A stretch of DNA of 64,000 nt from Candidatus Tayloriibacteriota bacterium. GTDB lineage: Bacteria > Patescibacteriota > Minisyncoccia > Phycocordibacterales > PALSA-1337. Below, one piece after another: positions 1-9,438 of this stretch. A program made the position numbers and the translations under genes. The notes below the pieces were generated by a model, which ran no database searches, was not told where the DNA came from, and worked only from the letters and a program-made list of their open reading frames with translations. Each line of letters starts with the position of its first letter. Position 1 is the stretch's first letter. The stretch spans positions 91,787 through 155,786 of the forward strand of contig JACRJP010000004.1 of NCBI GenBank assembly GCA_016215455.1, given 5' to 3'.

Positions 1-1
1 A

Positions 2-97
2 AAGATCGGACAATTCACCGGTATACTCATGAAAGATCTCAAAGGCAAAGCTGACGGAGCGGTAGTAAAAGAGGTTGTGGAAAGTTTGTTTCAATAA
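2..97 (+). CDS. GatB/YqeY-domain protein, C-terminal fragment (gene starts before window)
   Basis: Frame 2 reads KIGQFTGILMKDLKGKADGAVVKEVVESLFQ*, the typical YqeY C-terminus (G..MK.LKGKADG..V). Confidence 0.8.
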   Translation, partial: KIGQFTGILMKDLKGKADGAVVKEVVESLFQ

Positions 98-100
98 CTA

Positions 101-130
101 TTGAATAAAAAAATAGTCGTAGTGTATAAT
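101..130 (+). promoter_or_regulatory. sigma70-type promoter
   Basis: TTGAAT-18 nt-TATAAT upstream of ORF 157. Confidence 0.5.
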
Positions 131-156
131 GGCGACAGACTTACCACCCTGTTCCT

Positions 157-396
157 ATGGTTATGATTCCTTGCATACAGCCAAGTCTGTTTCTGCCGGG
201 TCAAATTCAACCGTCTCAGCCCTATGTGCGAATACAGCGGGCACCGAGGCCAACGGATCAATCACCATCAGTGATTCTTCAAGCCATAATCAATGGCACA
301 AGAGAACTACATCCTGATGATCCTTGGATCGTCAAATACGCTTTTGCAGTCGGGGGTCAAACCCAGATAGAAGTTCTACGTGGTGACAGCGACTAG
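157..396 (+). CDS. orphan hypothetical protein (79 aa)
   Basis: ORF follows a promoter and is followed by a TTTTTATTT tract; no recognisable motif. Confidence 0.45.
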   Translation: MVMIPCIQPSLFLPGQIQPSQPYVRIQRAPRPTDQSPSVILQAIINGTRELHPDDPWIVKYAFAVGGQTQIEVLRGDSD

Positions 397-465
397 ATGC
401 CACCAAACGTGAGATTTTTATTTATACAACCATCATTGACACCATATATCTAAGATGATATAATT

Positions 466-690
466 GTGTTAGTGAAAAATTCATCCTCGACTGCTCATCG
501 AAGTGAAAGCCTTCATTGGAGAGTCCTATTTGCCGAGCTCAAAGCTGCGGCGGAGGGGTCTCCTCTGATGTCCATCGAGCCCAACCTTCCACTCTTAAGT
601 GGTCTCCCCTTTGGAACAGTTTCCATCGATGACCGCGCCCAGGTGGACTGGGTGATTGCTGAAGAGGTGGCTCGTGGGGATTGGGATTAA
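466..690 (+). CDS. orphan hypothetical protein (74 aa)
   Basis: TTGACA-17-TATAAT at 436-464 upstream and a terminator downstream; start codon uncertain. Confidence 0.4.
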   Translation: MLVKNSSSTAHRSESLHWRVLFAELKAAAEGSPLMSIEPNLPLLSGLPFGTVSIDDRAQVDWVIAEEVARGDWD

Positions 691-705
691 CATCCCCAAC
701 AACAC

Positions 706-733
706 AACGGCGGACTTTCACAAGTCCGCCGTT
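706..733. terminator. intrinsic terminator hairpin between convergent genes
   Basis: AACGGCGGACTT-TCAC-AAGTCCGCCGTT, perfect 12-bp stem. Confidence 0.75.
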
Positions 734-767
734 TCTGCCCCTCAATTTTCTCACATTGTCGAAACTT

Positions 768-2456
768 TTATTTCACACTCGGTAACTCAACATAGAATTG
801 AGAACCCTTTCCTTCTCCTTCTGATTCTGCCCAAACACGACCTTTGTGAGCGGTAACAATTTCTTTTGCAACGAAGAGACCAAGACCAGTACCATGAATA
901 TTTGTCTTATTCGCATTATATGCTCGAGTAAATTTCTGAAAGAGTGATGCGATTGTTTTCTCTGACATTCCAATACCGGTATCTTTGACTGAGAAAAGTA
1001 ATATATTCCCTTTTATCGCATCATGCTTCTTCTCAAGAGAGACGGTAACTGAACCAGTCGGAGTGTACTTAACCGAGTTATCGATGAGGTTAGCAAATAC
1101 TTGTTTCAACTTATCAGGATCAGCATTTACTATAAATTCATCTTCAGTACTTACATTAAACTTTAAGGTAATACCGGCTTTTTTAGTATTTGGTTCAAGT
1201 TCAGCAATGACATCACTTACCATCGCTCGAATATCATGCGGAGCAAAATCATACTTCATCGTACCAAGTTCAATACGAGAAATATTGAGATACCCTTCAA
1301 CTACATTTGCGAGAGTTTTAGTTGATTCAAAGATACGAGAAAGTGGCTCACGAGCAACTGCTGAGATCTCACCGTAGTCACCGTCGAGAATGAGTGAAGC
1401 GTATCCCCGCATTGCCGCCAAAGGACTCTTCAATTGATGTGTCGCAAACGATACGAATTCTGATTTTTGTTTATCGAGTTCGAGGAGGTGGTTGTTGGCT
1501 TTTTTGAGATCGCTTGCAAGTTTTTCAATACGCTCACGCTGTTGTACTTCCGCCAAAACAGATCTTATTAAAAAGGCACCTAAAATAATGACCAATATAA
1601 CTGTAGCAGAAAGAATTACATTAAATACAGAACTATCTTCGATAAAAAATAGAGAAAAAACCAGAAGTGCTAATATAAAAACGAGAAATTCAGTTGCAAA
1701 TATTTTAGGATTAACAAACAGCTTAAATCGAACGATAGAATAGGCTAATACAAGTAGAAATACTAGCATTCCTATTGGTCCCCAGAGATTAAACTCATAA
1801 ATCTTAGTCAGCTCTCCCGCAAAATTCGACAAAAAGAATCCAAACAGAAATAGAGTAGCTCCTATAGTAAGTATCAAACCTTCTTTTTTAATATTCTTAC
1901 TTCGAATCATTTGGAACTTTCTTAATCCAATAATAGCAGTGAAAGTAACCAACACAGATTCAAGTACATATATTAAATTCCACAAAATACCGGTATTACC
2001 CTGACATTCGGTTATATCATACTCAAGAATATTAACTGATGTAGGAAGAGCTACAGCTAATAGACCAAGCCCAATGAGAACTGACCAGATCAAAGGATAT
2101 GGCAATTTCTGTCTTTCATATGCAATGACATAAATAAATAATAATGTAAATACAAAAATAGCTATTTCAAATAAAGCCGTTAACTGCCAAGCAAACATCA
2201 AAATAGAATGATAGGAAGCAACCCATTGTACAAGAATATTAAGAATCCAAAGTGAAAAAGAAAAAGCAATTCCCACAAAAAGTCTACTTTTTAGACTGTT
2301 ATCCTTTATCAAAATATAAATCCCGAGAACAACTGAAAGAATCAATATCGGTATATAAGAATAAAACAAAAGACTTGGAGCCGTTGAGAAATCAAAAATC
2401 CAAAAATGAGGATTTTCAGAACCACATATCTGTAAACCTGATTCAAAAAATTTCAT
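768..2456 (-). CDS. membrane sensor histidine kinase (multi-TM/7TM-type N-terminus, HisKA and HATPase_c)
   Basis: H-box FATHQLKSPL, N-box NLIDNSVKY, G1 DTGIG, G2 GTGLGL; many hydrophobic N-terminal segments. Confidence 0.92.
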   Translation of the reverse strand: MKFFESGLQICGSENPHFWIFDFSTAPSLLFYSYIPILILSVVLGIYILIKDNSLKSRLFVGIAFSFSLWILNILVQWVASYHSILMFAWQLTALFEIAIFVFTLLFIYVIAYERQKLPYPLIWSVLIGLGLLAVALPTSVNILEYDITECQGNTGILWNLIYVLESVLVTFTAIIGLRKFQMIRSKNIKKEGLILTIGATLFLFGFFLSNFAGELTKIYEFNLWGPIGMLVFLLVLAYSIVRFKLFVNPKIFATEFLVFILALLVFSLFFIEDSSVFNVILSATVILVIILGAFLIRSVLAEVQQRERIEKLASDLKKANNHLLELDKQKSEFVSFATHQLKSPLAAMRGYASLILDGDYGEISAVAREPLSRIFESTKTLANVVEGYLNISRIELGTMKYDFAPHDIRAMVSDVIAELEPNTKKAGITLKFNVSTEDEFIVNADPDKLKQVFANLIDNSVKYTPTGSVTVSLEKKHDAIKGNILLFSVKDTGIGMSEKTIASLFQKFTRAYNANKTNIHGTGLGLFVAKEIVTAHKGRVWAESEGEGKGSQFYVELPSVK

Positions 2457-2485
2457 ACTCTTATATTATATCCTATATTTACAAT

Positions 2486-3409
2486 TTACCCATTGATCAA
2501 GAAACTTCCTACGATAATAACAACAACAGCAATACCTTTGTTAACCAAAGCTCTCGGCGAAACATCTTCTTTTAGAATTTTAGGGAAAGCATATGTCAAA
2601 ATTATTCCAATAATAAATACGAAAAGTGGCTGATAAGCACTGACCACAAGTACAAGTCCAACTTGAACTATCAAGAAAGCATAAGCTGTACAAGCATTAC
2701 CCACCAAAACAAAGACTTCACCAAGAAAATTCAACGAAAGTATCGGAAATGAATTGAATCTGAAAAGATTTAAGAAATCTCTTCTTAAGGATCCGATAAA
2801 CACAAAGAGAAAAACGCCAGTAAACAAAATTCCAATATGCTCCCATAGTAATCCCAACCAAAAATCATTTTCCCCTATGGCCCCAATTTTAAATAAAATA
2901 GCATGAAATATAAAACAGATACTGGAACCAGACATCAATATTAAAGGTCTCCAATTTATTTGAATCCTATTCGAGAAATTAATATCTCTTTTCATACTTA
3001 TGATCATGGCGCCAAAAAGAATCACAATTACCCCTACAGATTGGGTCACCGTGATTGTTTCTTTAAAAATAAAATATCCGAATATAAGTGCTATTACAGG
3101 AGATAGTTGAAACAACGGGACAATTTTTGATGCTTCTTCTTTTTGTAAAGCTAACAAATAAAGCAACATACCCACTGCACTCAATATACCGCCCAATAAC
3201 AAAGCAGCACCATCAAGTAGATCTACCAAAATAAACTGCGGTCTTAGATAAATCAATATAGGTATAATAACTATCGAAAACAAACAAGAAAATATAATAA
3301 GAGCACCAACGCCTCCACCCCTTAAGTGTCGACTCAAAATATATTTATCGATATGATTTACAAAACTCCATAGTAGAGGACCGCACAAGGCTAGAATAAA
3401 CCAGAGCAT
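2486..3409 (-). CDS. EamA/DMT-family transporter
   Basis: 307 aa, about 10 TM segments, two EamA repeats (ASKIVPLFQLSP...FKE). Confidence 0.85.
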   Translation of the reverse strand: MLWFILALCGPLLWSFVNHIDKYILSRHLRGGGVGALIIFSCLFSIVIIPILIYLRPQFILVDLLDGAALLLGGILSAVGMLLYLLALQKEEASKIVPLFQLSPVIALIFGYFIFKETITVTQSVGVIVILFGAMIISMKRDINFSNRIQINWRPLILMSGSSICFIFHAILFKIGAIGENDFWLGLLWEHIGILFTGVFLFVFIGSLRRDFLNLFRFNSFPILSLNFLGEVFVLVGNACTAYAFLIVQVGLVLVVSAYQPLFVFIIGIILTYAFPKILKEDVSPRALVNKGIAVVVIIVGSFLING

Positions 3410-3418
3410 ATTAAAAAA

Positions 3419-3550
3419 TTAATTATCTTCAGAAAGAGACTCTACTACCGTAAAATTACCAAGGATAACTGAATCATAAAAAGTAACCCCGATACTCAAG
3501 ATAACTAACAAAACTATAGAAAAAGAAAGTATTTTTGTTGCTTTATCCAT
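3419..3550 (-). CDS. small single-TM peptide (43 aa), below the ORF-track cutoff
   Basis: Manual translation MDKATKILSFSIVLLVILSIGVTFYDSVILGNFTVVESLSEDN*; fills the gap and ends 9 nt before the EamA start. Confidence 0.6.
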   Translation of the reverse strand: MDKATKILSFSIVLLVILSIGVTFYDSVILGNFTVVESLSEDN

Positions 3551-3588
3551 AAAGGATTTTATGATAAAATCTTAGTAACAATTATACC

Positions 3589-4893
3589 ATGAGAATCCTG
3601 TTTATCTCAAATGACCTGATTGCCGGACACCTAGCTCAACTACTAAGAAATGAAGGGCATGATGTCCTCCTTTATATATCAGAAAAGAAGCGTCGAAATA
3701 ATTTTAAAAACTTAGTATCAAAAACCAATAACTGGAAAAAATCATTATCATGGGTAGGAAAAGAAGGTCTTATCATATTCGATGATATAGGGTTTGGAGA
3801 GGAACAAGATACTTTAAGAGCTCAAGGATACCGAGTATTTGGGGGTAGTAAACTAGGAGATAAACTTGAGATAGACCGCGCATATGCTCAAGATATCTTT
3901 GAAAAATCAGGTATTCAAAAAATACCGACCGTTAACTTTGACACAATCGACGCGGCGATTAATTACGCAAAATTAAATAAAAATGCTTGGGTTATTAAAC
4001 AAAATGGAAGTTCTAGTAAATCCCTTAATTTCGTAGGTCACTTCCCTGACAGCAGAGACATAATTGATGTACTTGAACGATATAAAATCTTAGGTTTAGG
4101 AAAAAAAGAAATTATTACTCTTCAAAAACGTGTGTATGGGATCGAAATTGCCATCACCCGATATTTTAATGGAACACATTGGGTCGGACCTTCTCTTATC
4201 AATATAGAACACAAACGATTTTTCCCTGGAGATATTGGTCCGACGACAAGCGAAATGGGTACTCTAGGTTGGTATGATTATGATGAAAATAATAAACTCC
4301 ACCAAGCAACACTTAAAAAATTAGAATCTCATCTCAAAGAAATAAATTATCGCGGGTGTATCGATATTAATTGCATAGTAGACGAAGATAAAGTATATCC
4401 TCTCGAGGTAACAGCTCGTATCGGGTCTCCTATCATTCATCTCCAATCTGAATTAAACATAACTCCATGGAGTGATTTAATTAGTGCAATAGCCGATGGA
4501 AAAGATTTTGATGTAAAAGTAAAAGATGGTTTTGGTATTGTTGTTGTAGTCGCTCTTCCCCCATTTCCTTACAGTAAATATATCAAGGAACAATCATCTA
4601 TTGGTTCTAGAGTATATTTTGAAGAATTTTCTGAGGATGATTTTAAACATATACATTTTGAGGAAATCGCTTGGAATAAAAAAGAAAAAGTGCACTACAT
4701 ATCTGATAACCGAGGCTATGTACTATACGTAACTGGACAAAGTACGACTGTACCAGAAGTACAAGAGAAGACCTATGATCTAATCAAAAGAATCCATATA
4801 CCGAAAATGTTCTACAGAAATGACATCGGGCTACGTTTTAATAACGAACAAAAAGCTTTATTACAAAAATGGGGTTACCTAAAGATAATTTAA
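3589..4893 (+). CDS. phosphoribosylamine-glycine ligase-like (PurD-like) ATP-grasp enzyme
   Basis: LEIDR, EHKRFFPGDIGPTTSEMG, LEVTARIGSP, YRNDIG motifs of the GARS family; no other pur genes in the window. Confidence 0.8.
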   Translation: MRILFISNDLIAGHLAQLLRNEGHDVLLYISEKKRRNNFKNLVSKTNNWKKSLSWVGKEGLIIFDDIGFGEEQDTLRAQGYRVFGGSKLGDKLEIDRAYAQDIFEKSGIQKIPTVNFDTIDAAINYAKLNKNAWVIKQNGSSSKSLNFVGHFPDSRDIIDVLERYKILGLGKKEIITLQKRVYGIEIAITRYFNGTHWVGPSLINIEHKRFFPGDIGPTTSEMGTLGWYDYDENNKLHQATLKKLESHLKEINYRGCIDINCIVDEDKVYPLEVTARIGSPIIHLQSELNITPWSDLISAIADGKDFDVKVKDGFGIVVVVALPPFPYSKYIKEQSSIGSRVYFEEFSEDDFKHIHFEEIAWNKKEKVHYISDNRGYVLYVTGQSTTVPEVQEKTYDLIKRIHIPKMFYRNDIGLRFNNEQKALLQKWGYLKII

Positions 4894-4902
4894 TAAATAT
4901 CT

Positions 4903-5238
4903 CTACAAATGCTCCCTTAGATGTCCGTTGATTCTCTGTACGAGATCGAAAGCACCTTCATATAAAGCAATCTCACTAAGTTCGGTAAACGTATCATGTG
5001 CTTCATCAACATGACCTGTAGCTAGATGGAGTTCGGCCATATGAAGTGCGCATTCAAGATTTGCTCGACCTGGGGCTACGGTATTCTGTTCTGCGATAGT
5101 CTCGCATTGCGCCGCATAGGTTGCTATGAGTTTTTTGAATTGATCTGACTCATTTCCTCCAGCAAGAAAACAAGCAATGACATCTTCGCGTGTCACTTCT
5201 TGTTCTGGATTTGACATGAAATCTATAGACTCGGTCAT
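4903..5238 (-). CDS. hypothetical helical (TPR-like) protein
   Basis: ORF; ATG 5238 sits 6 nt after a TATACT box. Confidence 0.6.
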   Translation of the reverse strand: MTESIDFMSNPEQEVTREDVIACFLAGGNESDQFKKLIATYAAQCETIAEQNTVAPGRANLECALHMAELHLATGHVDEAHDTFTELSEIALYEGAFDLVQRINGHLREHL

Positions 5239-5348
5239 ACTCTCAGTATACACTTTTTAAATAAAAAACCACCACCATACGTACGATCAGCCTTGACCGG
5301 TAATAAAACTTAATGTACTTTTTAAATAGACAATAAGGCGCTCTAGCT

Positions 5349-5966
5349 ATGGTGAAAATCTACATCACACGTCATGGCCAAAACGAGGATAATGCTCAAG
5401 GTATCCTCAATGGTCACCGAGATCTGCCGCTCACCGTCCTTGGTGAAGCACAAGCACGCAAACTTGCAAACGAGATTAGGAAGGTAGGATTCGTGTTTGA
5501 CACCGTCTATACCTCCCCTCTATCACGTGCAAGTAGAACAGCAGAAGTAATTTGCGAGGCTTTGGATCTGAATAGGCCTGTAGTCTTGGACTCACTCATC
5601 GAACGTAACTTCGGTATCATGACAGGCAAACGAATTGCCGACATTGAGAAGTTGTGTGCTCCGGACATCATCAAAACGGACATCATTACCTACTTCCTGT
5701 CACCAGAAGGAGCAGAGACCTTTCCAGATCTGCTCAAACGAGCACGGCGAGTGTTACGTCAGATCCAAGAACAACACTCATCGGGAACAATCCTCCTCTC
5801 CACTCACGGTGATTTTGGTAAAATGCTGTATGCGGCATACTACCGTCTGCATTGGCGAGAGATACTCACCAAATTTCACTTTGGAAACTGTGAACTCCTT
5901 TTACTGGCTGAAGGAATAAGTTTGGACGCATCACGCGTGGTGCGTATCGAACAACACAACCATTAA
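5349..5966 (+). CDS. histidine phosphatase (phosphoglycerate mutase family)
   Basis: RHG motif, SPLSRA, ERNFG, THG. Confidence 0.9.
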   Translation: MVKIYITRHGQNEDNAQGILNGHRDLPLTVLGEAQARKLANEIRKVGFVFDTVYTSPLSRASRTAEVICEALDLNRPVVLDSLIERNFGIMTGKRIADIEKLCAPDIIKTDIITYFLSPEGAETFPDLLKRARRVLRQIQEQHSSGTILLSTHGDFGKMLYAAYYRLHWREILTKFHFGNCELLLLAEGISLDASRVVRIEQHNH

Positions 5967-6089
5967 GAACACTTTCGCAAAAATCTGGACTACCGATCGA
6001 GGTGGTTCTTTTTATTTTATTGACACAATACATATTTCAATGTAATATACTTTCAGCGGTTCATCTCATTACAGAAACTCACTACAGTC

Positions 6090-6455
6090 ATGCCGAAAAT
6101 CGTCTTCAACATTCCCCACAATACAACACTCGTCCCCGCAGATCTCCTGGGTGCTGGAAAACAGATCATTCATCTGGTCGCAAAGGCCTGCTCCACGGAC
6201 GAGCGTCAGCTCACTCAGTTTGACGTGGACTGGATCGTGAACCCTCTTCCCCACGGCTCCATTGCCGGTATGGGAATCGAACTCTATACGATCGGCTTCC
6301 CTGATCGCAGGAAGAAGCTCGAGAACCTCGACGTGCTCAGGAAACTCAAGGCGGACATCATCGGGGTCTTGCGGGAAATTGTGTCGGGTCTCCCGCCCAT
6401 CAAGGATGACGATGGCTTCCTCTGGGTGCAGTTTACCGACGGACCTCATGTCTGA
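6090..6455 (+). CDS. hypothetical protein, possibly tautomerase/MIF-like fold
   Basis: GC-rich ORF beginning M-P; own promoter TTGACA-17-TAATAT near 6020-6048. Confidence 0.55.
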   Translation: MPKIVFNIPHNTTLVPADLLGAGKQIIHLVAKACSTDERQLTQFDVDWIVNPLPHGSIAGMGIELYTIGFPDRRKKLENLDVLRKLKADIIGVLREIVSGLPPIKDDDGFLWVQFTDGPHV

Positions 6456-6539
6456 GGTCCTCGATATGGTAGTCAACTACCCGAGTGATCAGACTCGCAG
6501 CAATACAACTTTACACCACGCCCTGATCAGCGTGTGTTT

Positions 6540-6962
6540 TTATTTAACTACCATTTGAGAGATTCGCTCCTTTATCTGATCTTTTACGTTTCTTGTAAAA
6601 TCAGTATCCTGTCCTTTTGGATCGGGAAGACTCCATCGAATCATCTTTGGAGATTGTGCCAAATATTCAGGTAGGTCTTCAGTTGGTTCCATGATTACAA
6701 CCACCGTATCTACAGTATTAACCATCTCTTCTGTTAATTGTTTGCGCACTACCATTGAAAGATCAATCCCTTCTTCATTCATGACATCAAGAACTGGTCC
6801 TATGCGTCCAAGTGGAACTATTTTACTGATAGGTTCTTCAGGTCCACTCAACTGCGTTCCAGCGGAAAATACTTCGTGCTGTGTTCCAAATTTCTTTCGA
6901 AATAGAGCTTCGGCCATCTGACTTCTTCCAACATTTCCTTTACAAACAAAAAGAATTTTCAT
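6540..6962 (-). CDS. LMW phosphotyrosine phosphatase / ArsC-family protein
   Basis: P-loop FVCKGNVGRSQMAE, SAGT, DP motif. Confidence 0.88.
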   Translation of the reverse strand: MKILFVCKGNVGRSQMAEALFRKKFGTQHEVFSAGTQLSGPEEPISKIVPLGRIGPVLDVMNEEGIDLSMVVRKQLTEEMVNTVDTVVVIMEPTEDLPEYLAQSPKMIRWSLPDPKGQDTDFTRNVKDQIKERISQMVVK

Positions 6963-6972
6963 ATTAAATATA

Positions 6973-7281
6973 TTATTTCTTCACCACAACCTGCCATTCA
7001 TCATGGTATACAATCTCACCGATCGTATGTGGGTCAATTTCTTCCATTTTGATATTTGATAGATACTTCTGATGGACTTTTAGTAAGGTGCTTTCATACT
7101 GTACTTTACCTTTTTCGGTAAGAAAAAAACGATACTCACCCTCTGGTAACGATGGCTTAGGCATCCATTTTCGTGCCTCCCATGCTTCGTCTACCAAACT
7201 CTCAGGTAGGAGTCTTTTACCAGCAGAGAAAATACCTTCTCCATTTGATGTGTATCGATACAAAGTTTTGTATGTAGTCAT
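6973..7281 (-). CDS. hypothetical protein
   Basis: ORF in a minus-strand run; probable start MTTYK at 7281. Confidence 0.6.
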   Translation of the reverse strand: MTTYKTLYRYTSNGEGIFSAGKRLLPESLVDEAWEARKWMPKPSLPEGEYRFFLTEKGKVQYESTLLKVHQKYLSNIKMEEIDPHTIGEIVYHDEWQVVVKK

Positions 7282-7297
7282 GATTGTAATACTACCA

Positions 7298-7615
7298 CTA
7301 TCCAAGCAAATCCCGAGCTATGGTAAGTAGCGACTCTTGATTATCAAGTAGCTCATCAGGAACTTGATAATAATTCATACCGACTACCTTACCATCGGAC
7401 TTGGTATACGAGAATTTAGTCCATCCAAGTCCAACAAGTCTTTCTGCATGTTCCCCCTTTGCCTTAAGATACAATTGATTACCAATAATTGCGGCAAAAG
7501 GAATCTTGTTCGAGTATATACACCATCCACTCATCATATGTCTCGAAGTGACTTCAGGCAGATCATTAAAAATGTCATAAACTATGAAGTCGTGATATGA
7601 GAGATCTTTTTTCAT
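7298..7615 (-). CDS. TfoX/Sxy N-terminal domain protein
   Basis: RHMMSGWCIY...FAAI...LYLK...F.Y...MNYYQVP pattern. Confidence 0.8.
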   Translation of the reverse strand: MKKDLSYHDFIVYDIFNDLPEVTSRHMMSGWCIYSNKIPFAAIIGNQLYLKAKGEHAERLVGLGWTKFSYTKSDGKVVGMNYYQVPDELLDNQESLLTIARDLLG

Positions 7616-7622
7616 ATATAAC

Positions 7623-8153
7623 TCACTTCACCCAATCAAGTTTAATGACTGAAGCATTTGGATATGCAGGTAGATCATAGAAGAGTTCAGGATCTGTTCC
7701 CTTTCTGATAGTTTCAATTATTCTCCCAACTCCTGCATGAGCAACCATGAGAACATTCCCTTCGTACTGATTCCATTCTTTCAAAAATGAATTAACTCTT
7801 TCATCGAACGCTTTAGGGTCTTCTGCATGTTCAGCTCTTACCAACATTTTTGAAGATATTTCAAAGGTAGGAGTTCCTGTAAGACTTCCCATATCATATT
7901 CTGTAATACGTGGATCGATATCTATTTCCTTATCATACCCAATTGTTTGAGCAACAATCTTTGCAGTCTCATGAGCTCGTATGAGTGGTGAACTAATGAT
8001 TTTCTGTATATCCAAACCCATTTCTTTAATCTTCTGACCCTCAGCTTTCGCTTGTTCTATCCCCTTACTTGTTAGAGGAGAGTCATCTTTTTGTCCTGCA
8101 AAAACATGCTTTAAGTTTGCTTCACTTTCTCCGTGTCGAATAAAATAAATCAT
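7623..8153 (-). CDS. histidine phosphatase family protein
   Basis: IRHGES, SPLIRA, EYDMG, VAHAG. Confidence 0.9.
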   Translation of the reverse strand: MIYFIRHGESEANLKHVFAGQKDDSPLTSKGIEQAKAEGQKIKEMGLDIQKIISSPLIRAHETAKIVAQTIGYDKEIDIDPRITEYDMGSLTGTPTFEISSKMLVRAEHAEDPKAFDERVNSFLKEWNQYEGNVLMVAHAGVGRIIETIRKGTDPELFYDLPAYPNASVIKLDWVK

Positions 8154-8209
8154 GGTGGTCGAAATTAATTATATTGTGTTGTAGTATACCAGAAACGATA
8201 ATTGTCGTG

Positions 8210-8950
8210 CTATTTTTCCGTTATAAGTACAACATAAGGTTGTTCTTGTTCACATAATCTCCAAAAATCCTCACCTAGGATAGCGACCCCTTCTTTTGTA
8301 GGATAAAGCTTTTCCCAAGTTATCTTCTTAAAACCCGCTGCTCGAGCAGCATCAGTATATTCTTCTATAGAAAATTGAGTGAGCAAGGCTGTAAATTTAA
8401 CTTCATTAGTTTTTGGCTTTAAAAAATTAACTTCAACTTTCCCATCTTTTATTTTGAAAATTCTATTTGCAATTACACAATCAAAAGCTTTAAACGATGG
8501 ATTAAAAATGACTGACAAAAATCTTCCACCTTCTTTAAGTACTTTATAAGTCGAATCAAAAAAGTTTATAAGATAGTTTGCATCTGGAGCATATGACAAA
8601 ACCATAACAGATAGGCATTCATCAAATAATTCACCTGTATGAAAAGTAAGAGGATCGTCTACACTATATGTAATTCCAAGAGGATACTTACTTTCATCAT
8701 TCTTTGCTAGAGCAATTAAATCGGAAGCTTTATCGTATCCCCAGACCTTTGCTCCAAACTCTTTTGTTAATTTTCTATCAAACAAACCGTCCCCACAACC
8801 AACATCCAAAAGATACTTACCTTTTATATCCCCAAGTAGTTCAACAACTGTCGGATAGTGCAAGTAATTTCGTATAGGATCTCCATCTACAAAAGATGCA
8901 TACTTATCGCTAATCGTATCAAATTGTTTAACTTCATTATGCATAATCAT
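8210..8950 (-). CDS. class I SAM-dependent methyltransferase
   Basis: LDVGCGDG motif I, LKEGGRF. Confidence 0.88.
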   Translation of the reverse strand: MIMHNEVKQFDTISDKYASFVDGDPIRNYLHYPTVVELLGDIKGKYLLDVGCGDGLFDRKLTKEFGAKVWGYDKASDLIALAKNDESKYPLGITYSVDDPLTFHTGELFDECLSVMVLSYAPDANYLINFFDSTYKVLKEGGRFLSVIFNPSFKAFDCVIANRIFKIKDGKVEVNFLKPKTNEVKFTALLTQFSIEEYTDAARAAGFKKITWEKLYPTKEGVAILGEDFWRLCEQEQPYVVLITEK

Positions 8951-9004
8951 TTTATGAAATGTGGTCTCTTTGCTTGGATTCTAGACCAAACAAGGAGCAA
9001 CTTA

Positions 9005-9331
9005 TTACCTAAACGCAACACTTTTTATTAAATTAATCGCAAACAAAACAGCTGGAACAAAAAACACAACAAAAAGAAAAATATAGTAGGTTAACATTCT
9101 AATATCCTTCGATTTGTATGGTCTATTTTTATGATAAGCAATTTTTTTATAAGCTAATTTAAAAAATATATAACTCATAACTAAAAATCCCGCAAAAAGA
9201 ACACCAGCATAAGCCAACTTAATAAACAAAGGTTGATCATCAATCAAATACCAAAAATTACAACGTGGTACTAGCTCTCCACGAAACTCGACCAAAGTAT
9301 TACAAAAAGATACAGGGCCCATATTTTTCAT
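9005..9331 (-). CDS. hypothetical membrane protein
   Basis: Two hydrophobic segments, AT-rich. Confidence 0.55.
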   Translation of the reverse strand: MKNMGPVSFCNTLVEFRGELVPRCNFWYLIDDQPLFIKLAYAGVLFAGFLVMSYIFFKLAYKKIAYHKNRPYKSKDIRMLTYYIFLFVVFFVPAVLFAINLIKSVAFR

Positions 9332-9438
9332 ATATTAACACAGAAACAAGGTCCCCATCTTCACCACTGTGCACAATCTCAAACAGTGATATATCTTGGA
9401 CGAGCCGAGAACAACAGGTTTACTGAATGATTAGAAAA

